From NCBI RefSeq assembly GCF_001194135.2, contig NC_068982.1, positions 97,216,868 through 97,280,867 of the forward strand: a DNA stretch of 64,000 nt. Direction: 5' to 3'. The stretch is from Octopus bimaculoides (Eukaryota). Positions 36,171 to 47,500 of the stretch are shown here, one piece after another (the stretch's first letter is position 1; each line of letters opens with the position of its first letter). A program made the position numbers and the translations under genes. Below the pieces are notes generated by a model. That model was not told where the DNA came from. It searched no databases and saw nothing but the letters and a program-made list of their open reading frames with translations.

Positions 36171-36757
36171 AACAACAAACAAGATGAGGACGAATATCCG
36201 TCAAATGTAAATAATGTAGCACAAAATTAGTTATGAGAAATAACAGTAATGGACCAATGACATGAATTTAGATACGTTACGGGGAAATGTACTGAATTCT
36301 ATTTGCAAAAAAACTCTAAATTAATAGCATTTTCTTTCTTCCTACGAGAAATAATACAAAAATGCAGCATCATTTGTTAGCAAATGACAAAGAGAAGGGA
36401 AATAATTTTTAGAAATTAATCTCTTTTGTAGGCAAGGGTCACATAAGGGCATGATATAATTTATTAGACATCATTAACACAATATAGTCTAATCAAGCCG
36501 GTTTGATCAGTTGACATAAGTTCTTACATATATATGTTACAAATATTTGTTGGCCAATATAATTTGAGATATCTATTCCAAATTTCTTGACATTACTCCC
36601 CCGCCGTGTCGTTTAGAGTCACTGTGTGTGCATAGATGTTTTGTTAATACGATATAGATTTAAAGCTTGTACGAATCCAATATCACATATACAAATGTGT
36701 TAAAATGATATCTCCCTTAACCAAGGGGAGGTAATTCTCATTTTTAGCTCGACCAAT

Positions 36758-37330
36758 ATGGCATCTCTAGGTCGCACATTTTCAAGTCTTCGTCCGAGAA
36801 GGTTTTTACTTTCGAATGGGACTAAATCTTTTCAAAGATACCTCTTGACGCCTGTACCAACTTACAAAGCCGGAAATTTAAACTTAGCGTGTCCAGAAAA
36901 ACTTCCAGAAACGCCTCCTGAATATCCAGGATATAAAGTGTGCAAAGAAGATTTTAAATACGTTGAGAGGCTTTTGCCGAAGGATATTGTCCCTCCACCA
37001 CCAGCCGAGTCGCTAACAGGGGTTCCTACACCATCAGGATGGATACCGCCTAATGAGAATGGCTTGAAACGTCCTTATTTCGTGAATCGAACTAAAAATC
37101 ATATGTTCCCTTTATATCTCGAAGTAAAGTACCACGGTACTCGCATCCTCACCAAAATTTGTAAAATCGATGGGAATATATGGAAACTCGAGTCAGATTT
37201 AAGGACATATTTGCAAGAGAGAAGTACAAAAGAAATATTTACCCAAGTACATGAAGTATCAAGTTTTATAAGGGTGAGAGGAGATTATTGTGAAGACGTA
37301 TGTAAGTTCCTTTTATCTAAAGGATTCTAA
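36758..37330 (+). CDS. MRPL49: Mitochondrial ribosomal protein L49 (mL49/Img2 family), 190 aa, single coding exon
   Basis: Intact ORF with Arg/Ser-rich presequence and family motifs TPSGWIPP, PYFVNRTKNHMFPLY, LTKICKIDGNIWKLESDL, QVHEVSSFIRVRG, C-terminal LLSKGF. Confidence 0.93.
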   Translation: MASLGRTFSSLRPRRFLLSNGTKSFQRYLLTPVPTYKAGNLNLACPEKLPETPPEYPGYKVCKEDFKYVERLLPKDIVPPPPAESLTGVPTPSGWIPPNENGLKRPYFVNRTKNHMFPLYLEVKYHGTRILTKICKIDGNIWKLESDLRTYLQERSTKEIFTQVHEVSSFIRVRGDYCEDVCKFLLSKGF

Positions 37331-40300
37331 ATATCTGAAGTTAACTATAAACTGTTCAGAAATGATCGAAGGACATTTTAGTCTTTGGGTGAACTATTTG
37401 TTTCTGGGTAATTCTGTTGCCTTTTTTGGTTGATAAGAGCTTATATTCCTTTTGCTGACAGAGTTTATTATTGTATTACTGTTTTATATCTAGTTTTATA
37501 TTTCATCTCCACTATTCTTTGTAGTTGGATTAAAAATTTTTACTCAAAATACATGCATCATGTGTATGTTGTTATTATTTCTCCTGCAGAATTAATATCG
37601 TTGAATTTCAGTAAAACAATGGTACTAAAACAATATGCTGATTCGAAGACTCTTTTTCAGGTGCAAAGAATCTATCGTCTCGACACCGAAATTTTTATTA
37701 CTAGTCTGTATTTATTGAGATTTTTCGATAAAATCTTATACCAACGATAAAAAATAGGAAGCTTAGAAAATTTTTAAGAGTTCGCATCAAATCCCTTTTT
37801 AACAAGGTTAAAATTTCATATAGATTCAAAATTTGTTTCCAACCTGTCATCACTATACATTTTATTCGTAATTTTAACCCTCACAGATTGTTAATTTGAT
37901 ATTATTGCTCGGATGTTATTATTATTATAAAAAAAAAAAAATAAAAATAAGAAGACAGTTTCAGATAATGATTATAACTTTTTTTTTTAAGTTACGAGGA
38001 TGGAAACTCAGAGCTGTACTCATGTATCGGTATACCCATTTCTCTGTATTCTTAGCCTGTTTTATTATTTGCTCTATTATTTTATATACCTGTCTTCCAC
38101 TTTAGAACATCCACATCTGTGTTCTATTTTTCTCTTAATTAAGAGTATTAATTTTTCACATTGTTTGTGAATTGTCTACACAATGACATTTGCCATCCCT
38201 TTTCTAGTTTCTTAGTTAACTACTAAGGCTTAAACCTACAGAGAAAGAATATGGTGTTCTGATACTGTGATGTTTTTCTCACATGTATTAGGGACAGAAG
38301 TGAAATGGATTTGTTCCAACTGGATGTCAACATAATACAGACTTAAGATAGGAACAATTTATTGTAATTTTGATGGTAATTCATTCATTTTTTTTTTTAC
38401 CATGCTGGCATTGGTTGGTAAGTTTGTTTCACAATACGTATGATGCATATCGCGATCATTAGTCCCCCTCCCTTATTCTTAGATCTGAATTTCACACATT
38501 TGTCCTGTCTTACTAGATTACTTTTTGCTGTGAATAACTACCATTGACAGTACATAGAAATTTTGGTAGAGATGGACTATATGTAATCTGAACCTTTCCC
38601 CCCCTTATTTATTAATTTTTTTACGGAATCCCACGTTTTAGGCTATGGAGATTCCGATTCTGAAAAAAAAATTTTTGAAAAATTTCAACCCCCCCCCCCA
38701 CCAAGCAGGCTATTTACATGCTAGAAATAATAGCCAAATCTCACAAAACTAGTGTTAGGGTTAGGGTCAGGGTTAGGGTTAGGTTTACCCTGTAGATCNN
38801 NNNNNNNNTATTGAAATTGAGATTTTTGAAAATCTTTTTTCAGAATCGGAATCTCCATAGCCTAAAACGTGGGATTTATGAGCAGCAATACACTTGTTGT
38901 GTAAGCTTCATAGTTTGATTGGGTATTAAAAACTGTCATCTCCATCTATTGAGCCATCTGAGTAATTCATATATTTTGTTTCGTGGGTGTGCTCACTACC
39001 AAGAAATCCCATTTCATCTTTTATGTGTTGTTTGCAGTGCTGCTGCTGATGCCCCCTTCAGTCATGACTGACCATGGGATTGCACCTAGAAAGTTACCCT
39101 CCCAGGCACAAGTCCGGGCAACGCTGTTTTTATGGAAGACCAGCAGTTGCCCATGCATATCAGCCTCCCCTCTCCAAGCCACCAGTGCTATCCAAGGGAA
39201 AGGCAAAGGCCGATACAGCTTGACACCAGTGACGTTGTAACTCATTTCTACAGCTGAGTGAACTGGAGCAACGTGAAATAAAGTGTCTTGCTCAAGAACA
39301 CAACATGCAGTCCGGTCCAGGATTCGAACTCACAACCTCACGATCGTAAGCTTGACGCTCTAACCACTTGAGCCATGCACCTTCACAGTAGGTACACAGA
39401 TTTGACTCGCTACCAAATCTTTTCCTTCATATTAAGCAAGGTCACTTCCCAGATGACAATGAAATCTTCTGCTCTCTGTTACTAACTATCACTTTAGTTT
39501 TTGCAATATTGAACTCTTGACTATACTGGGTACAAACATTTTTCTTTAGCTCCTTAACAGGCACTGCAGTGGGAACTAGGTTGTCAACTGTTTCTTAGAT
39601 ATGCAGAAGGCCATTTTGCTGGATTAGGGGTTGATGAAATTGGCTCTTGCACTCACTTGACTGATATTTTATTTTATCAACTCCAAAAGGACGAATGGTA
39701 AAGTGGCAGGGTTTGAACTTAGAATATAAAGGACTATTACTAAATACCACAAAAAAATTGTCTAATACTCCAATGATTTGGCTACCACATAATAAAAATT
39801 ACAAAGATTGAGAAGAAATGAAAGTTGAATAAACTTTTACAAATGGTTTCTGAACACTGACCACTCTACCATCAAGTGAAAACAGTAGTTTTATTTTCAC
39901 ATAATATAAATCCTCCCAAAATACATCAGTAATATAATCTTTCCTATCTGATTCAGGTAAACATTTCACAGTAAAATATTAAAAGATTAGCATCAATTTT
40001 TATTCTTGAGTGACACTTTGTGTTGGGATGCCATCTCCTTATGATAAAGTCTAAGAACACTTAAGTTACATTACATCTTTTAACACATGAATAGCTGCAT
40101 GTGCAGAATGTTAGTCTATTCCACAAAACCAAACACTTTGGCCGAGTGTGTGCTTTCAGATGTGACTGAACCATGGTTTTCAGGATGTGTTTATTGTCCC
40201 TGTAAATTTAATTAGTGAAACACTGTCATGAGTCTGTTTGAGAACTGACTGTTTGTTCAACAATGTCAGTGGCACAATTTGAACTTGGGGCTTTAACAAT

Positions 40301-41002
40301 TCATCTTATATATGTAATTTGTTGCAAGTCTTGTAACAGATCACTTATCAATCAATGATGACACTACTCTATTCACAGTCTCAGTTGTTGGGGCAGTCCT
40401 AGCTTCCATCATCTTTTTTATTGTTTGTGTAGCTCATTGCCTCATTTAATGTTTTAAGGTGCAAAGGTTGTATTTGTTGATGTTTGCAAAAAGAGTTTAG
40501 TGAGACAAAGCTTCCTTTTAATATCTCTTACCTATCAGTGATTATAGTTTGTACTTTGCAAGCAAAAGTGAATTATTGTTGAGGAGTGATGGATAATCAT
40601 CTCCACCATGCTTTGAAGCCAATATTTTCATCACATTTAACAATATGTTAGATAGCATAAGCTAATGTCAACTATATGAAATATATCATCTTGTGAATTT
40701 AACTATAAGGTTTTATGAATGGATATTTTTTGTTAAAATATATATAGTAAATATGTCATCATACTGTAGGAAATGAAACCTAAATATTTTATACAGATCA
40801 ATCTTGATGTAGTAGCTATCTGCCAGATATTCTGTAGGAAGCAAAATGACACAAAAATAGTCCCTGTACCATACCTCACCACAAGGTCACTAAAAATTTT
40901 CTTTTTCATTGTAAGCCAGTTTTGCTGCTATCATTCATATGATAATTGAGTTGATTGACCAAATTGATATTCATGGTTATTATGAAGTCATCCTATAAAT
41001 AA

Positions 41003-41775
41003 TCATCATCATCATCATCATGTAACATCCTCTTTCCATGCTGGCATGGGTTGGACGGTTTGAATGAGGACTGGTGAACCAGAAGGCTGCACCAGGCTCA
41101 GTCTGATCTGGCAAATTTTCTTCAGCTGGATGCCCTTCCTAACGCCAACCACTCCAAGAGTGTAGTAGGTGCTTTTATGTGCCATTCAGGTGGTTCTGAT
41201 AACGACTACACTCAAAAGGTGTTTTTTATGAGAAACCTCCATGGGAGCCAGTATGGCAGCACTGGCAATGACCACGCTACAATGTTGCTTTTCACGTGCC
41301 ACCTGTGCTGGTAGGGTGACGCTGGCAACAATCACGCTTGAATGGTGCTTATTATGCACCACCGGCATGGGAGCCAATCTGTGGCCCTGACAACAATCAT
41401 GCTTGGATGTGCTTTTAACGTTCCACTGGCACGAATGCCAATCAGGCTGTACTGTTATCGGCCACATCAGCGATTTTGATTTCACTTGCTTCAATAGGTC
41501 TTCGCAAGCAAAGTTTATTGTCCAATGAATGAGGGGTACTCATAAGTGGGCTGGTTACACCCACTGGCATAGACCATAGGCTTACTTGGCTTGTCGGGTC
41601 TTCTCAAGCACAGCATATCTCCAAAGGTCTCGGTCGCTAGTCATTGCCTCGGTAAGGCCAGTGTTCGAAGGTTATGCTTCACCACCTCATTCCAGGTTTT
41701 CCAGGGTCTACCTCTTCCACAGGTTCCCTCAACTGCTAGGGTGTGATACTTTTACACACAGCTGTCCTCATTCAT
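41003..41775 (-). mobile_element. RTE LINE 3' fragment
   Basis: (CAT)n tail at 41003; reverse-strand similarity to 24400-25281. Confidence 0.85.
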
Positions 41776-41879
41776 TCGCAACACATCGGAAATATATGTA
41801 CTTTCTATCAAAGTTTTCAGTATTCTAAACTGTCAAATGGTATTATATACTCATGTGAATTTGGAAACCTTAAACTTAA

Positions 41880-42790
41880 TATAATTTCTTTTTACAGAAT
41901 AATGAAACTGAATTGATTACTAATATTAACCCCTCAAAAATGGATGTATTGAAGGAGTATTCATGAGTACAAAACAGGAAACAGTGCAGCAGAAGCAACC
42001 TGAAATATCCATTCTGTTTATAGGAAGAGTGTTTGAATGAAATAAGTTGCAGAAAATGAATTCCAAAGTTCAAAAGTGGTGATTTCAACCTAAGAGAGAG
42101 GCCATGAATAGGGTGCCCTGTTGAATTTGATGATGAGATTTTGTCACAACTTGAAAAGGATAATGCTGTGTCAGTTGAAGAATTGGCAAGCAAGCTCAAT
42201 TCAAGCCATTCAACTGTTCACTGCCATCTTCAACAGCTTGGAAAGGTGCCCAAATTTGGAAAATGGGTTCTTTATTATTTGACAGAAGCCAACCAAAAAT
42301 CATGAGTGGACATCTATTTGTGAACATATCTTACCATTTTTGGACAAATTAGTGACTGATAATGAAAAATTGATTTTTTTATGAAAATGTGAAGTGATGT
42401 AAACAGTAGCTTAGGTGTGGAGAACAGCCTAAAACACAATCCCAAAAGGGCCTCCATGCAAAAAAGGTTCTTTCTACTTGGTGGGGTTGTATTAGTCATC
42501 CACTTTGAGCAGTTACCAGCTAATGCAACTATTACTGCTCACACCTTTTGCCAACAATTAGAGTGTTTGGATGTTGCTTTGAAGAAAAAAAAGGCCTGCT
42601 TTGGCAAATCATAAGGGAGTTATGTTTCATGATAAAGGAAGGCCCCACACTGCGAAGATCATTTAGATGGATTAGCTCCCAAAAGCCCCAAAGAGGTTAA
42701 AACTGACCTCTCTTTTTTCTCATCAAAACCGAAGAAGTTTTTCACCAATAGAATTAATTAAATCACTTTTTCCCCACTTATGGGATGACA
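41880..42790 (+). mobile_element. Decayed mariner (Tc1/mariner) transposase
   Basis: Frameshifted NAAEAT...KFKSGDFNL...STVHCHLQQLGKVPKFGKWV, IVTDNEK (IVTGDEKW), FHDKGRPHT (HDNARPH); boundaries approximate. Confidence 0.8.
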
Positions 42791-43263
42791 TGATATCTAA
42801 ACTGTAGTGAAAAAAAATCTCATTGTTTTAGTGTACTTTTGATTGCTTCAAGGTTTTTTATTTTTTACTTGAGATTGTAGCTCATCTGCCTTTGAAAGGT
42901 GTCTTACAATATGGATGTTGCGTACTGGTGCTTGAGTAGTTGACATATCTCCTTGGATAAAAATTCCAGTCCAAAGCAGATGCTTTTCTCATTTTATCGT
43001 AGTATTTGAACTTAGCTTTCCAAGTTGATGAAATACTTACCAATTACAGTAGCTTCCTCTGCGTACAGCTGTAAACTGTCTCCCTAGAGTACCTATTTCA
43101 GAACAGGGCAATTGAGAGTTAAGTGTCATTACCAAGGTCATAAACACCATTCTGGGATGCAGATTATGGTTAGTAGACACATTTTATATAGTATCAGCAA
43201 TACTAGTGCTACTATTATTACCAGTGGTCAGACTAATAATTAAAGGTACAAGTTTCAGAAAAA

Positions 43264-43985
43264 CATCATCATCATTTAACATCTGCTTTCCATGCTGGCA
43301 TGGGTTGGACGGTTTGACTAAGGACTGGCAAGCCAGAAGGTTGTACCAGGCTCCAATCTGATCTTGCAAGGTTTCTACAGCTGGATGGACTTCCTAACAC
43401 CAAACACTCAGAGTGTAGAGGGTGCTTTTTACATGCCACTAGTATGAGGGCCAGTCAGGTGGTACTGGCATCAACCACGCTCGAATGGTGCTTTTTGCGT
43501 ACCACCAGCATGGGAATCAGTCAGGTAGCACTGGCAATAACCACACTCGAATGCTTTTTACGTGCCATCAGCACAGGAGCCGGTCAGGCGGTATTGGCAA
43601 TGACCATGCCCGAATGGTGCTTTTTATTGCCACTGGCTACGACAATGATTTCACTTGACTCAACAGGCCTTCTCAAGCAGAGTTTATTGCTCAATGATTG
43701 AAGGGTACTCTTAAATGGGCCGGTTATGCTACACTGGCATAGGCCAGTTATGGTCTCACTTGACTTGCTGGGTCTTCTTAAGCACAGCATATCTCCAAAG
43801 GTCTCGGTTGCTTGTCATCGCCTCAGTGAGGCCCAATGTTTGATGGTTGTGCTTCGACACCTCATCCCAGGTCTTCCTCTTCCACAGGTTTCCTCTACTG
43901 CTAGGGTGTGACACTTTTTCACATCCATACACAACACATGACCATACCAGCGCAGTCATCTCTCTTGCACACCACATCTGATGCT
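43264..43985 (-). mobile_element. RTE LINE 3' fragment
   Basis: (CAT)n tail; ORF 43756..44007 contains RKTWDEVSKH..LGLTEAMTSNRDLWRYAV. Confidence 0.85.
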
Positions 43986-44083
43986 TCTTAACAAAAAAAT
44001 TGAACAACTTGAGACTGACAAAGTTTATTGTCCCCTCCCAAGTTATAAAAAAAAATGTATTCTACGGTATTTTATGATTTCAA

Positions 44084-44538
44084 TTAATGTAAAGTGAAGC
44101 CTAATACTTCTTTTACAGTCTTCATTGTGTTTTCTGAAATATTTGTGGCTTTTTCTTTACCTGTTTCTAAAACCTGGATAAGATAATCTTTATTAGCTTT
44201 TAATTCTTTTATGCGTGAACTGATAGGTGTTACTGTTTCAATAATAGCTTCAGCCACTACCTTTTTATATTGTCCCGTGTCTAAATGAGTGTATTCTTTA
44301 CATAGCTGTTCAGGTGTGAGGTCAGTCAAGTTGCTATGGATACTAATTAAATTAGAGACTCCTGCTCGGTTGGCAGGGTCATATGTGACTGCTGAAGTAC
44401 AGTCTGTTCGAGCTTTTTTTATTTTTAAAAATATTTCATCAGCACTATCTGTTAAGTCAATCCGGCTTAGTTTATTACTGTCTGATTTACTCATTTTATC
44501 TTCAGGATTTTGCAAACTCAGCACTTTGGGCAACTCGC
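44084..44538 (-). CDS. WARS2: WARS2 exon 7 ([19 protein letters not shown]...VLGFTLH*)
   Basis: 455 nt, tag| acceptor, KMSKS motif, stop at 44084. Confidence 0.96.
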
Positions 44539-47500
44539 CTAAAATAAAAAAAAACAAAAAGCAAAGAATAAGTTATCAGAAATACTCTCAGGCTGTAAAA
44601 AGACAAATACAGAAGATCTATAGTGACGGGGAAGTTATGAGTTCACTATAAACTGCTGGGATATATAGAAGAAAGGTTGGGTTGTAAGTGAAAGGTAGTG
44701 ACTTGGCATCAAACTCATTAACAGATTTATGTAAGAGACAATTATATTTTGGTTTGGACATAGAAAAGTGAACAGATGACAATGGAAAGAGTACTTTGAG
44801 TTGGTGGTAGAACTTGTGCACTGAACTGAAGATATTGGACCTCACAGAGCTGAAAGACAAAGTATTGCTAGCCTATGCAGACCATATCTGCGCAAGAAAT
44901 AAAATGTTAATGGTCATGTTTAATTGGTTGAAAGGTCTTTTTGCAAGAATTGTTGGAACAAGTATTTTACAGCTGGTTACCACTTCTTGATAGTCTTCAC
45001 ACTTCTATGATATTGGTATGATTACATATTTACTTGTAGGTCAAACATGTGGAGGCGCAATGGCCCAGTGGTTAGGGCCGCTAACTCGCGGTTTCGATTC
45101 CCAGACTGGGCGTTATGAGTGTTTATTAAGCAAAAACACCTAAAGCTCCCCGAGGCTCCAGCAGGGGATGGTGGCGAACCCTGCTGTACTCTTTCACCAC
45201 AACTTTCTCTCACTCTTTCTTCCTGTTTCTGTTGTACCTGTATTTCAAAGGGCCAGCCTTGTCATGCTGAATCTCTCCGAGAACTACGTTAAGGGTACAC
45301 GTGTCTGTGGAGTGCTCAGCCACTTGCACGTTAATTTCATGAGCAGGCTGTTCCATTGATCGGATCAACTGGAACCCTTGTCATCGTAACCGACGGAGTG
45401 CCAACAACAAGGTCAAACATAAGACGGTTGTAAGTATTATTTCTCAGCATAGTACCAGCATTAAGGTTGAAACAATTCCAGTATCTGACCTGGTTAAATC
45501 TATTGCTAAATAGATGAAAGAAATAATCATTTTAGTAGAATCATCCTATTTTGTTAACTGTAAATAGTGACCATGCAGAGCTAGAGCTTACTATTGTAAA
45601 CACTGAGGACAATGTATAATTGAGGAATATCTTGTCAGCTTGTGGTACAGGGTTCAAATCCTTCCATGAAGTCAGGTAAGGTTAAGCTATTGTTACTGAG
45701 TGATTAACATAAGAGCTGACCATGTTGGGTGGGAAACTGGTAAATATATGACAATTTTATAATAAAATAGTATGCAAAACATATTAGAAAATATAAATAA
45801 ATTCTTCAAGTTACCTGTAAGAATATTTGGTGTCACAAAAATATTGCCATATTTACGATTGAATTGTTTAACAAGATCTCTGGCTAGTTCAATGTGTTTT
45901 ACTTGATCTTCTCCAACAGGAACCAGTTGGGATCTGAAAATTAGAGAAGTAAGATATGAACTAGCAAAATTTAAACATTCAGCTGCTAAGATGTTTAATG
46001 ATACTATTGAGTAGCTTCTCTCAGCTATAGTGAAGCACACCAATGAAAAACATAGTAAATTTATTTTGTGTTTGTCTAGCTCTGCCTACCCCAGTCATTA
46101 CTGTGAAAAATTTAGGGATTTCTATTCAGACATTCGAGCGAGATCGTTGCCAGTGCCGATGGACTGGCTCTTGTGCAGGTGACACGTAAAACACACCATT
46201 TCGAGCGTGGCCGTTGCCAGTACCCGCCTGACTGACCTTCGTGCCGGTGGCATGTAAAAGCACCCACTATATTCTCAGAGTGGTTGGCATTAGAAAGGGC
46301 ATCCAGCTGTAGAAACTCTGCCAAATCAGATTGGAGCTTGGTGCCACCTCCTGGTCCACCAGTCCTCAGTCAAATTGTCCAACCCATGCTAGCATGGAAA
46401 GCAGACGTTAAACGATGATGATGATGATGAGTCCCTATTTTAAAGAATGCAAAGAGTTTTTTTGCTACATAGGAAGATGTAGACACATCAGTTTGGTTTG
46501 GTGACAGTGATGACATGTTGGAAGAAACAAAAGCTTTTTGGAGAGGCAGTGACAGTTGGTCTTTTGTATAAGGATGCCTAGGCAATGGTACAGTTCTTTT
46601 CGGTGGTGAGGTGATGGTTGTGTAAGAAAGAAAGAAAGGTTTCTGGGGGGGGGGTGCTGGTGGTGGTGTTAGATTGAAACTATAGTTAGCAGTTCCCTCA
46701 CTGTTTTGCCTTAATATCGTTGAAGAGGGAAATATTTAAAGAACCAGCTGTTTGGTTAGACACATTGACAGTATAAGATGTTAACCAACTAACTAAAAAC
46801 TTCAAATGACAATTTTCAGTCCAACAGCAGACGTCGATTTTTTTTTTTTGTCTTTTCACCATCTGGTTTTGGGGTGCCTTTAGTAGAGTTCTGTCTGTTA
46901 AAAGCATTCAGAATTGACTATCACTTCTCTTCCACCCATATTTTCCAGGTAGCTGTTCAGGTTGGCTGTCAGTCACATCACTCTTATCAGTCTAGGAGGA
47001 CCTACCCTTAAATTATAAAAAAAAAAACCCAACAAAAACACAAAGAACCTGAGTAATACTCTACACATTTTGTGTATTTAAGGAGGTGTTTAGTGAAAGA
47101 GAAAGTAGATTCTTTATGAACTAGAGTTTGGATAATTTGTATAGAGTCTAATTTGAGTAGTTGTAGATTAACACACTTTGGAAAACAGGAATAGGAGAGA
47201 TTTTTGTGACACAAGAAGAAAGGTTTAGGTAGAATGTTTAACATGGAATTTATGTGCAGGATCCAAATGTCTAAGCAAAACTAATCTGGAGGAACCAGTA
47301 TAAAATGATATTAAACTTAACCGATAACAAGAGAAATACCTTCACTTACTTATAAAGAAGAATATCTGCAGCTTGTAACAGAGGGTAACTGAACAATCCA
47401 ACAGAAACTGTCTCCTCATTTTTAGATTTCGCCTGAAACACCAACATACAAATATATAATAACAGTTTATAAAGAAAATCGAATATCATTTAGAAACTTC

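Larger units (their letters stand above)
35084..36217 (+). mobile_element. 5'-truncated Penelope-like element (PLE) with inverted pseudo-LTR, tRNA-like head and hammerhead motifs
   Basis: 12-bp TSD AGCACAAAATTA (35072-35083, 36218-36229); ORF fragment VCLPYVKGLSEKIQKICGPYDIRAVFKSNTTLRKYL (PLE RT-to-GIY-YIG linker) then ~500 N then EPVLRKDRK*; inverted terminal copies at ~35084-35270 (-) and ~36085-36217 (+). Confidence 0.85.
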
